Origin: Balanoglossus misakiensis | Taxonomy: Eukaryota; Animalia; Hemichordata | Length of the DNA: 64,000 nt | Reading direction: 5' to 3' | Assembly: GCA_040954595.2 (NCBI GenBank) | Contig: CM082597.2 | Location: 5,523,244 to 5,587,243 of the forward strand | In this document: positions 51,686 through 63,989 of the stretch, one piece after another | How positions within the stretch are numbered: the first letter of the stretch is position 1 | Layout of the letters: the number at the start of each line of letters is the position of its first letter | Translations under genes and position numbers: made by a program | Notes under the pieces: generated by a model | The model's database searches: none | What the model saw: only the letters and a program-made list of their open reading frames with translations | What the model was told of the DNA's origin: nothing

Positions 51686-53797
51686 ATGAAAGCCATCGTA
51701 TTTTTAATCTGTGTTTTGCAACTGAGCGAACCCGGTGAGTTTAAGTAATCTACATATTCTCATGAGCATTAGTCGCTTTAATGAAAATAATACGTTATGT
51801 CTGTATGCCATACACTTTCCCGCTTTTATTGTAAATATATGTCTCATAATTATGTTGATTGCCTCTTTCTCGTAGCCTGGGGTATAGAGAAAACCGTGTG
51901 TGAAAATGGCGAAGCGTACCTCGTGTGCCCAGAGGGCCAACAGATCGCAATCGAGACTGGTAACTACGGACGAACCGACACGTCAACCTGCCCTCATGCG
52001 CAGATGTATGACACCGATTGCCACGCCTACCATACACGATACATACTGCAAGAGCAGTGTCAAGGAAAGCGCACGTGCTGGGTGTCCGCCTACAATTCGG
52101 TGTTTGGGGACCCCTGCCCAGACACATACAAGTATTTGAAGTTCAGTTACAGCTGTAAGTACTACCTCATACACGAATGAAAAGTGGAATAGAAATAAGG
52201 ATATAAAGGTGGCCGTTCAAATGAACATATGGCAACATGTAAACCTGGTCAGGCTTTGTATCAGGCAATTGTGTTCATGTAAAATGACTTAGATTTTAAA
52301 TACAGGTATAAGTATATTAACTAAAATAGGAGAGAAAATTCGGAAAGTCCATTTTTCAGTTGAGGATATGGCTGCATGTAACGATGATACAGCTAGCACT
52401 GTAATCGTAGGCTGTAGCGTGTATGCCTATTGCGTTCTTGTTGATATTTTTTTTTACACAGAACTATTACATTACTATAGCTAGTACGCCTATACATTGT
52501 ATGTAGAGTTTGGATGTTGGAGCAAGCGAAGCAAACAGTTCAACGTTGTGTAACACTTGGACAGGATCATGACTTTTGTTCGAATACATAATTGCCTTGA
52601 AAGATACAGTCAATATATTGCAAGGAAGATATATCGTTTAAATCGCTCTCTCTCCCCCCCCCCCCCATTCTCTCTTGTCTCTCCCTCTCTCCCTCCACCT
52701 CTCTCCATCCCTCCCCTCTCTCCCTCCCCCTGTCTCTCTCTCTCCACCCCTCCTCTCTCTCTCTCTTTCTCTCTCTCCCTCTCTCTAAAGGTATCTCTCA
52801 CGAACTCTGGCAATTTGCTGCTGTTGGCTGTGAAGGAGAAACACTTCGCGTTGACTGCGGCAATATGAAAATCGATATGACCCAAGGCGGATACTACGGT
52901 CGACTTGACATCGTGACGTGTGTGTCCGAAGGGACGTCCATCGCTGACACCGACTGTGACTTAGGCACAGCGACTGACCATATGCGACAGAAGTGCGAAG
53001 GGAAGAACACTTGTGATATCTTGGTCAATCCCTCAGAGTTTGGCTCCGACCCATGCCCTGGTACTGACAAGTATGTCGCCGTGTGGTACCTCTGTAAGTA
53101 ATTAAATAAGAAAGTGAACGATCCTCACCAACAATTAAAGGTACACGGTCACCCCTAATTTACATACGCCCATATAAGGCCGAAATGGCATATTTGAGCA
53201 TGCTAAAGAACATATGGTAGCGCTCTTTTTTCGCATGTGCCACCTACTGACAATTAGTAATTTGCTAGATCTCAATTTACCACGGTAACTATATCCAAAT
53301 TTGCATAGGTGACCGTATACCTTGAATTGTACGTTTACAGGATAGTGAGAGAGGATGCCACATATAACGGTTTAGCCTAAGATATGACTACAGTTCGCAA
53401 TGTGTTCAACAAAGTATCACATGCCCCATGACTGTCTGAAACCACAGCCAATACACCATACGTGTCTCTACAAGCCTTAATGAGGTTTTACACATCATGA
53501 AGTAAAGCATCACAACTATGATCAGTAGACACAAGTTGTTAAAAATAAATGAGAGTTGGTTGGCTGTACTGTTTAAATAAATGAACCTTGCAACCAGAGA
53601 GAGTTTTCTATTGTTTTAACGGGCACTGATTCAATTAAACTCACTATTTTACCCACGAAAAGATAATCATCACTAAAAAAACTATTTTGCTGAAAAATAA
53701 CGTTTGTAGCATAGTTTAATACATATCACAAGCATTTTGTTATTTTACATATAAATAACATGTGAAAATTATTTTATATTTTGCAGGTTATCCATAA
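51686..53797 (+). CDS. Secreted SUEL/RBL lectin, two CRDs, copy B
   Basis: Coding exons 51686-51734, 51876-52154, 52791-53093, 53787-53797 (ends CYP*); signal exon identical to copy A. Confidence 0.9.
52645..52787. repeat. CT-rich polypyrimidine microsatellite at the lectin B CRD2 acceptor
   Basis: Direct reading of the sequence. Confidence 0.85.
53139..53322. mobile_element. Kolobok-like MITE, 184 bp, in the last lectin B intron
   Basis: TTAA|AGGTACACGGTCACC ... GGTGACCGTATACCT|TGAA: 15-bp TIR with 1 mismatch, AG..CT termini, TTAA-like target; not seen in the homologous intron of lectin A. Confidence 0.75.
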
Positions 53798-55105
53798 TTC
53801 AACCAATGAAAGTAACTGGACTACCACATATTTTATTGTTCTATGTAACTTGAAAGCCTTTAAGCATCAAAATACCTTATACCTTGACAAAAATTATTAT
53901 ATCTGAATTAGCCAATATCATCATTTAATGTTGATTCAAATAGAAATATCACACCTTGTAGGTAGCTAGTAGTTTATTTGTCTGAGGAGAAACGGAGGAA
54001 AATGTTAACACACGGTATTGATCAATCAACCGATGGATCGCTATACTAATTGATCAACCAATCATCAATTATGTGTACACCAAATGAGCAACACATGCAA
54101 AGAACAACTATACACACGTACCCTCCTGCTTATGTATGACACTTTACGCTTGATTTCGTTTTAGACGTGGACGTCATTTCATTTAAATGTAAAACATTGT
54201 GGGTAAATGGTAAAATAATTTGATTCCCTTGGTAAATATATTAATGTATTGGTCATGTTTATCTGTTTAACTCTAGAATAAATATCAGTGCACATGCCAT
54301 AATGTGTATATCATTCTCCAACCAATACTCCAAAATAGTACAATCACTTGCATAGCCAGAAGGCCATCACAAAGGAAGACAGCAAATAGAAGTGAAAGTG
54401 AATTAACCCAACGGAATGTTGTCATTTTTGACAGCCGGTTTGTAAATTGTGGGTGTCGTTACACTTTAACAAAACGGTTGATCAATGCTTTATGACTATT
54501 ACGAACACGAATAGAAAAAATAAAAATGTGTTTATTTGTTTTATCATAACAGAAAAGCAGTTTACTGCATGCGAAACACACATTTTGAAAGCACTTTCGC
54601 GTCCTAAGTTACGAAGAAGTTCTTTGAAGTGCATTGCTGGGACACACGATAATATTTCTGATAACATACACATTAAAATCGCACAATAAATGTTGTTACA
54701 TAATGCAATAAAACGACGCAAGTTAACATTGACAGAACATGAATTGAACTTTCTAAGGAGTAAGGTAGCCATTATACAACACAGTGCTCTACATTCATTT
54801 AGAATTCCCTCTTTATCAGATAAATCATGAGTGAAAATATGCCCCAGACAAGCAATTTACAAACAAATTTAAATGTTGTGTCTATGTCTGTGATACGTGC
54901 TGCAGCATGCAAATGAGCTTTGAAGACCCTGTAGCCAAGCGTTTACATTATAGTCACGTGATGCCACTTTTTTGGCTCCGGCGTAAAAACGTCAGTACTT
55001 GTTATGGTGACTGACAGTAAAAGATAAAGCAGCAGGGGACCGAACAGTACGGTGATATACTAAAAGTGCCACGTCGCATTGGAGGCAGCTGAAAACACGA
55101 CTGCC

Positions 55106-57185
55106 ATGATCAGCTTCCTCAATCTCGTCCTGGTGTTGGCGGTGACGGCGTTCTCTGCAGTTTGGTTTCTGCGCCGACGTCACCTGCCTCCCGGTCCCTG
55201 GGGTTTGCCCGTCGTGGGATGCCTATTCCGTCTCGGAGAGAAGCCGCACTTAACGTACGCCAACTGGGCCAAGCAGTATGGCGACGTGTTCAGCGTACAG
55301 CTTGGAACAGAACTGGTGGTGGTACTCAACACTCACCGAGCCATCAAGGACGCGTTTGTCAAAAAGTCGGCTAAATTTTCATCCAGGCCGTTGGGAGGCT
55401 TGACACCAGTTTGCAAACACAAAGGTAAGCCCCTGTTTTCAAAAGACATGTAATGTCAGCTTCTATCGACATGTTTTAGTTACAACGTTCGTTTTATTGT
55501 TCAGTACAACCAATTTGTATCAAACAGCACATACCCATAAGTGTGTGTGTATCAAATAGGCCACAAAAAGCATCAACATGAACGTTGCCCAACGGTTTTG
55601 AGTGTCGCTGGCAAACATTGTCACCAAATTGCATCCAAAAAGTCTAAGTTCATATTTTCGCCTGTTTACATGTAGGTATAGTACACGCCCCGTCGCCTGA
55701 GTGGCAAACTCTTAGAAAACGATCCGTGAAAATTTTACAAGAGCTCGGAATGGCAAGACAGTCGACAGAACAGAGAATCAACGACGAAAGTGAGTATCTG
55801 TCGACAGCACTGCAAAATTTAAATGGTGCGCCTACCGTCTTGAGTAAAATGATCATGAAGGCAGTCTCCAACATAATATGCGGTTTGCTGTTCGGGAGGA
55901 GATTCGATTATGGCGACGAAGATATCGACAAGTTGGTGACCTTTACGCGCCAATTCTCGATAGATGCCCAAGCAGCGAAAATATACAACTATTTCCCCGC
56001 CTTGTGGCACGTGCCTCTGCGGATCAAACACAATCTACAATTCAGTCTCAGCAAATTGATCGGTTACATCAAAGATGAGGTCGAGGAGCGTCTGCGGGTG
56101 GCCAGACGCGACAGTCCCCCCAACTCGTACATCGACGCGTACTTGTCGCTCAAGGAGAACGCTCAGAAACTTGAAGACCCGGAGAATTTGTACCAATCTG
56201 TAGCTCAGCTTTTCGGCGGTGGTTTCGATACAGTATCCAGTGTTATGCTGTGGGCCATCCTCTACTTGTGTCTCGACCAAGATATCCAACAGAAATGTTT
56301 CCGAGAAATCCGAGATAACATTGGTCTGGAGACGGTTCCATCCCTGAGTGATAGACCTAAGCTACCGTACCTTGAGGCCGTGATACTGGAGGTCCAGCGA
56401 AAGTCGACAATTTTACCTTTAGCTTTGCCACACGCTACCTCGGAAGAAGCACACATCTACGGATACACCATCCCTAAAGGAGCAACGGTCTTTGCCAATC
56501 TATGGGCTGTGCACATGAGTGAAGAGAACTGGCAAAACCCAGACAAATTTGACCCACAGCGATTTCTAGATGAAGAAGGGAAAGTTGTAAACAGAGACAA
56601 GATAATTCCGTTTTCATTAGGTAAGATACGCCTGCATTTGTAGTAAACTAATTTTAAAGGAATAACGATAAAAAGATGATCGAACAATTCTTTACGCTAC
56701 TCTTCTCCAGAAAAATGTTGATTACCGTTCATTTTACTCTTAGAAAGTGGTCCACACCCATTATAAATAGCAAACCTCCAAGCCTCTGACCCAGAACAGG
56801 AACGAATGAAGGCAATTTCTAATTGGTCTATAGGTCAGATAATGAACATATTCAACATGGCCGACAAGGATATTCGATATCAATTTACCAAAAACTACTA
56901 TGAAAGACCGAAGGGCTTACATGTCACCATGCAGCTGTTGTATCATGCCTCGAACACAATCAGGATTAACATAATGCGATATGTTGTGTATTTATTCCAG
57001 GTGCACGCGATTGCCTTGGCTCCGAACTGGCAAAGATGGAGCTCTTTCTCTTCCTGTCCAAACTGATCAAAGAATTCCACTTCAAACTACCCGAGGATGA
57101 CGCCACTCCATCCACTGAGGGGTCCTTTGGTACTGTGACCCCACCTGAAAAATACAAAGTTGTTGCACTTAAACGCGATGTTTAA
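55106..57185 (+). CDS. Cytochrome P450, clan 2 (CYP2-like), copy C (older paralog)
   Basis: Exons 55106-55424, 55676-56620, 57001-57185; WQTLR, GGFDT, EVQR, PDKFDPQRF, FSLGARDCLG; same intron positions as A and B. Confidence 0.95.
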
Positions 57186-57270
57186 ACCTTGCACCACCGT
57201 GGTTCAGTTCAATCCATGGTTTCCTACGGTATAGTTGGACCTCTATAGAGGGAACTGGGGGTGAAAGGGT
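57186..57270. mobile_element. Short TTAA-associated MITE, copy 2, starting at the CYP-C stop codon
   Basis: TTAA|ACCTTGCACC...GGTGAAAGGGT; reverse complement matches 22897-22982. Confidence 0.65.
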
Positions 57271-60087
57271 AAAATGCTCATTAGTAGAGACATCCATTTG
57301 TGTCTCGCGAAATATGTATTTCATAAACAGGGGTTATCTGATCTAGGGTCGATTTTCATTCACCTGTGTTGACGTGAGTTTTCGATTGTCATGTTATCAT
57401 CGCTACCCAGTATAATTGCACACTATGAATTCACCGCTATATCATTATCAGGGGATATTTTTATCATACATTCAAATGCTGGTAAATATTAGGATATGAG
57501 TTTCTGGGTCTTGCAGATCGCCCGATATTTGTCTCCTATATCTAAAATAATCCGTTCACCCCGGTAATTTGCATGTGAATCACTAATAGTATCACATTTC
57601 TATTTTTATTATACAGGCACAATAAAATACTTTAAATATATTCCCCATTCCTTAAAACCCTTATCATTAAGCTATATTACTTGCATTTGCATCAGTTTGT
57701 CATTTCTTGGTGACACATACCTCGATAGCTGTGTACTGTTTGTATGGAGGCTGATTAAACAGGTGCGGCACCCGTTTAACATTCAATGTGTTCAAACTGC
57801 AAAATACGGTCACAATCGGACATCGATGAGGTGTTCATGTATACCTATCAGTAAGATGGACCAATTTAAGTTGGAAAATAAAATCATGAAAATAATGCAA
57901 AACGTGGCAGCTCTAGAAGCTTTTATGATATATTAGGACACTTTTACTTGATATCTATTATATATAAACGATCTAATTAACGGTATATGGACATCTCAAG
58001 GGTGTAATTCACCTTATGTATATATGCAGCTAAAAGGGCGTGTCTGTACTAAGTTTTCAAATACGCCTCGAAAATATGTCTTAAACTATCAGCGATTGGT
58101 CTGAATGCACTTTCGACCCCGAATCTCACAGGAGAAAAGAAAGAACACCCACAAATATAATTCTTCCAAGTAAAAACAAACTTGGCATATTTAGTGATCA
58201 CCACTACAGGCGCGTGTTTTACTAATCTTTCTCTGTCTCGCTGAAAGCCTTAAATTATACGATTTATGGATAGGAGTTTAGAGTACGGGTAAAACAATAC
58301 AGACAGAGGGTGCTGAACGGTCACCGACCCTATCCTCAAACTAGGTTAAAATCTCCCTTGCCCAGAAAAGAACCCCAAGCCTATCTATGACGACCACTTC
58401 ACTTACTCCATTGTTGACTGATACAGTTACTCTGTCCATATATTGCAACATGTACTATACGGTCACCTACAATTTACTGATTTGCGTGTCATGAAAATAT
58501 TTTGGGTATAAAGTTTATATAATGCTGGTATTGCTAAAGGGAAAAATGTATAACATAATCACGTGGCTTCGGTGAGAAAGTGAAATGTGTTAGTCTGTGA
58601 CATAACATCCATTATAAAAGCTAATGTTAGATTGTTTTTGTTCAAAAAACTATATTTTGTGCAACTATGGAACATGGCAGTACTGTTGGCAAGTAGACAT
58701 GAACATATAACTTAGAGACTAAACAATTGGTGGCCGATATATTCGATAAGGGGTCAAAGGTTGGTCAATGTAGCCATCAATAGATGATTGTCCGGACCAT
58801 GACTGTGTTGTGTGCCCTGTCTCACATAAGAATGTACTCCCATGCACACTGTCTAGCCACGCGGGATCTCGCAGGGTCACGCGTGGTTCCGACCACGGCA
58901 TATTCATAGGAATTGGGTCAATGTTCGAAGAATATCAGCAAGTGACCCGAAACGAGACACTCGGTGTGGGTCAGGTTCAGTAACCTCATTTACATTGTTG
59001 AATTTTTAACCATTGTAATTTGCACCTGTGTTTACTCTCCCTTGCCTATCTCGATAACAAAGTGGAACATATGTCAATAAATCGCCATGAGTTATAAATA
59101 ATATGTCAAAACCAGACTTGCTCATTCTCCAATGGTAATCTGTTATTTTTAGGGAGCTCAGTGTTTTACAGGCAGAGGTGTACGCAGGCCTGAGAAATGT
59201 GAGAGAAACCAAATTGGGCAATGACTTTTTGACCAGATGTCGGCTGAGTTCTCAAGTACTGTCGGATCCCTCTAAAAGATGCAATTATTCGAAAAATAGA
59301 TCCCTGATTTCAAAAACTAACGTTCATAAAGTTGGTGACATACTGATTCAACTCAAACACAATGATGAGATATTCTCGCTCCCAGTTTTTGTCGCTTCGC
59401 TAGTGCGCCATTGGCGGTATGACTAGCTAGGCGAGGAGCGGAAGCGACGATTCCGAGACGCATGTCCTGCCGCCTGAGGCGCATTTTTCACGGGCGAAGC
59501 GACGAGGTCAAGTGGTATTAAGGTCATAACCTCCTCGCCCAGTTCATGTTGACTCATGTAAGGTTTTGGCGCCACTTCAAATATATAAATCGCGCCATTG
59601 TACTATTGTACCGTATGTTATCAAATGTGGGCCGTCAGTCATATATCAAAGGGTGTCGGTCGAACGCACGTAGGCAACTCAGAGTTTGGCGGTAAACATC
59701 CCATTCAACTGTGTTACTTCACATAAAACTTAAAATAATTTCACGTCAAAAAAAACTAAAAAGCCCGCCGAAATTTGTCTCATAATTATCTAGGTCTACA
59801 AACTGAATTTAAGCTTACATGATAATCTAAACATCGATTTTCCCCCCTTTTGAGTCCTTCGTTTTGTTTTGAACTTTGAAACTTAACGTATGCTTCAAAA
59901 TGACGGGCCACAAATTGCATTCATGCGGTCAATAAGTTACTAATGAAATCATAAAGAGAAGTATATGCAAACTAAGTACTATATTAAGCGCTGTTTACTG
60001 TAAGTAGCATCAGACGAGTGTACACCTCACCGACTTCATCCAGCAACGGACATCAGTCCACCAACATTCCGCTATACAATCACCAAA

Positions 60088-63000
60088 ATGGCCAGCGCAA
60101 ATCCAAGCCAAACCAGTCACTCCGTTGTTCCTTATGGACCTCACAGAGATCCGAGCATGTCACACCGAGCCTTCAGGTACGTAGAATAATTATTAAACGC
60201 AAATGTCCGACAGTTTTTTTTTTCTAAAAAAAATATGGAGAATCTCTTATATTAGATAAACACAATGTAAAGCATTCTGAACCTCGATTCGTGAAACATT
60301 TAAAGTAATACATGTAATAACCTTGTTTAAATCTCCCATGACAATGTAAAGATTTGAAATTCATACTTAGGCCTCTTAACATAGTGTTATGGCGATATAT
60401 AGGGCGACCGCGAATGTGAATGGCCGTTAAAGATTGGAAATTTATTTATTTTTCGGTAGTGTAAGAAGCATCACCGCAAATAAACTATATGCAAATACAA
60501 GAAAAACCTCAAATAATTTATGTAAAGTAGGTAGTCTCGGTTTAATCAGCTCAGCAGACACACTGTAAGCATACTGAGTTTCTGCCTGGAGCGATGCATG
60601 TGTAGTAATTGTCAAACATTTTCAACAATCGAAGTAATTGAGCGATTTCTATCCGTGCATCATCTCAATATGGATGAGAAATGTAACATTTAACATCCAT
60701 ACATGGCCACAAAAAATCCTTCAAAATGATGACCACATTCCAATTGTTTCACCTAGTCTTTTAGGCGCCATCTCTCACACCAGATCGTGTCATTGTCCAG
60801 TACCCCTATCACATGTGATCCATGTGTGTCATTTATCAAATGATGTCAGACATACTCAAGTAGCCCACTTATGTATTCAGACGAAAACAACTCCGTCAAC
60901 TGGGTGAATTGACCTTTATCATAAAATCTATGTCACATCAAAACAAAACATTTCAAGTTGAAATATCGTTAATAATAATCTAGCTCCACTAAATTACATG
61001 TTGCATATCAAGCATGGCACAATACAGCAGAATTTTCCGCATCACGAGTAAAAATTCCTTCCCTACGACACAAATCTTGTGCAGAGGTCATGGTGTTCTA
61101 TAATTGTTGCAGATGTTTCCTCAGAGTTGATTTTCAAGCGGTTTGATTTTCCGTTCAGTGATGCGGCAGTGACGTTGCAACCCTGAGACAGTCGTTCATT
61201 GGTCCAAGTTAAGCAGCTTTTGTTATGCAAAGTAGGGTCATTGGTCACCAGTTTTTTAGCTCAGGTCGCGAGAGCACTTCCGCAATAAATGAGAACACAC
61301 ACGACAGCCAGAAGTTTTTGTTAATTTTGAGGTTCCTAAGCATACTGGCAACTACATAGTTGGGAAGGATAATAAAATTGCGTGTCTGAATGGTACATGA
61401 TCCCCTGTTTCGCCGTCATAACTTGGCTCAGGGGTTCTTGGCGTTCAGTGTTTACGAAGAGAAAGTAGTCCCACTTATAAACTCATTTGCGTAAAAAGTC
61501 GTCAAATACCTCTCGCCCTTAAAATTTACTGACCACGTGCTAGTTTGCATCGTTCCGTACAGAAATTGCCTTGACAAAAAAATAATGATACGTTTGATGC
61601 ATGATTGTATTTCTTATTAGTATTGATCATAATAATTCAGGAGATATAAGATGACTCGAGCTTGCCAATTTAACACGCTTTCAACAGGGACTACATGTAT
61701 TTTATGTCATTTACATTCAACAACAAAGTAATCGGCAGCGTAATCGTTGTCCCTAATGAGGAATGTTTCAAATTGATTATCTAACAAGAGATTAAGGGGT
61801 GCTGGTGCTTCTTCCTCAACTTAGAACAGAAGAACATCTTTATGGCGATTATTTTAATTTCTTGTATTGTTTCTTCTAAGGAGTGAGGATAATCCAGCAG
61901 TCGCTTTGATACTGAGTGAGAATTTTGGCTGGCCAATCACTGGGGGCATTCCTGCTGCCATATCAGTTCTCGTTCGTCAGATGCGTGCGCTAGGTATACA
62001 AGTGTGCTGTACTGCCTTACGAGTAACCGACGAGAATCAAGAGGACGCAGAGAAGATGGGAGTTAAGTTAATATTCCCCACACCGCGGAAACAATTCAAA
62101 ATTGATACTCCCACAATTCACTGGCTGTTCAGTCCAAAGCTTTACTACCAAGATCTGCTTGAAATCCCAAACGTCCAAATGGTGTATGGATTTGGTCTGG
62201 TGACGTCACACCCTGCCTCATACGTCCACAAAGAGTTCTTTCCCAGAGCTTCGTTCTATGTGGTCAACCCATATTCCTTGGATATTCCACCGATTGTCAT
62301 TAGATGTGAAAGAGAGAAGTTGCAGCTGTTCAAGGAATCGCTAGAAGATGAAAGCAAAAATGCCGAAGCTGTATTCTCTGTTGGCACCTACCTATATGAA
62401 CATTACTCCACCCGGTTTCAGCACAGTGACCTTGCATTTCGACATTACAAGTTGTTAAAATCACCAGATGAGAAACTATTCCAACACAGCGCCCCAAGCT
62501 TCATTCCAAAGAGTCGCAACTTCACAATTCTGACGCTCGTTGACGACTATGATATCGCCAAGTTGGACAGTTCTAGCACCATTGCAGAGTCTATGAACTG
62601 GGTATCTGAAAAATTCAGTGATATGTGTTGGTATCCTCCTACATGGAAAATTCTCGGCGTCTCCGAAGCAAATGAACACAAATTAAGGGAACGCCTGAAG
62701 CCCCACGCGAACCTTCGCATACTTTACCAGGAGTTGCCGTCTGCAAGTAGTGAAATCATCAGAGAATTACAGGCAGCCCAGTTGGTAGTAGTACCTCCGT
62801 CGTCGGTTAATGCCGTCGACGTTTCCCTCACTGCGATGGCGCTTGGAATTCCCACTCTCATTCCAATTGGATCACCACCACACCATGTTGTTTGGGAATA
62901 CCTTCCTTTCTTCATTGAGGATGTGGAAGTCGACATGAGCACCGATAAAGAAATCCTTGGGAGGAAAATAATCCAAGTGGTGCGAAAGTACGAGATGTAC

Positions 63001-63989
63001 CTTGAAAGATCGGTCAGAATCAGACAGAAACTTCGCTCCGAGACATCCAGAGTGAATGATGAGATGAAACGGTTGTTCAATGAAGTGATACCATATCAAC
63101 ACACAAAGTCAGGTAGGAAGAGTTATATAAAGTTCACAGATATGCGGATAATCTTTAATGATAAAATAAATAACATTATTACAAATATCATTCCTCATTC
63201 AGATAACTCTGTTATCAACACAGCCAGGAGTAAGCTTATCGTGAATACAATATGATTTGACCTATTTAATATATAGTCAGTTATTAATCGATTGATGCGA
63301 AATTCCATTTGATTCGAAGCAGAAGCAAATGCTAGCAGTACCACTTGAAGTTAAACTTAGTAGTCGTGTGTTTCCTGTTTACATCACTGTGTGTCCTGGA
63401 AACTATGGAGCTATACGGGAAAGTCTCCTTATACAATGACTATAATCGGGAAGAAACGTATATACAACTTCTCAATATTGTATCATGATTTCAGTACATT
63501 GTTCTTACTTTCACACAATTAATTATTGATGATTCTACTTATTTTTTTCAATTCAACAGAAAAGCATCACACGGATGACGATGACCAAAGACCAGTAGCT
63601 TCTGGGTCTGCAGGGAACCCAAGCGGTGGTACAGATGAGGGCACAAAACGCAAAAAGAAGAAAAAACTGAAGAAAAAGAAACAAGGTTTGGAAACATTAA
63701 TATTATCAGACATGCAGCATCATAGTGATACTAAGCTAATGTTGTGACAATGTGGATTTGATTCACGTATGGTCACCTGTAAAACTACAAAACATTTGTA
63801 GTGAAAACATTCGCTTAATACTCGTGCTATAATCTACGATCTATGTTCAAGGATATACGCATTTGTTTTCAGAGCAACAACCTATGGAAGATGACGTAAA
63901 TGATCCAGATGAAGTGGAGAAAACCAGTGGTAGTAAGGGCGAGACTGCAAAACGCAAAAAGAAGAAGAAACGCAAGAAGGCAAAACAAG
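60088..63989 (+). CDS. Protein with N-terminal GT4/GT-B glycosyltransferase-like domain followed by acidic/polybasic repeats; partial, continues beyond the right edge
   Basis: Exons 60088-60176 (ATG, phase 2), 61881-63112, 63560-63685, 63873-63989, all phase-compatible. N-terminal ALILSE..W...GG..I..L...M...GIQVCC and C-terminal AQLVVVP...AMALGIPTLI resemble GT4 motifs. Confidence 0.8.
61142..61340. repeat. Dispersed ~220-bp repeat, copy 2 (intron 1 of the GT4-like gene)
   Basis: Colinear similarity to 38441-38660. Confidence 0.7.

Noticed and set aside
52557-52885. Pro/Ser-rich and Glu/Arg-rich ORFs
   Set aside because: Translations of the intronic CT microsatellite
63113-63255. C-terminal tail of the 462-aa ORF
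   Set aside because: Intron read-through after the donor CAG|GTAGGA at 63112; AT-rich and followed by phase-compatible exons
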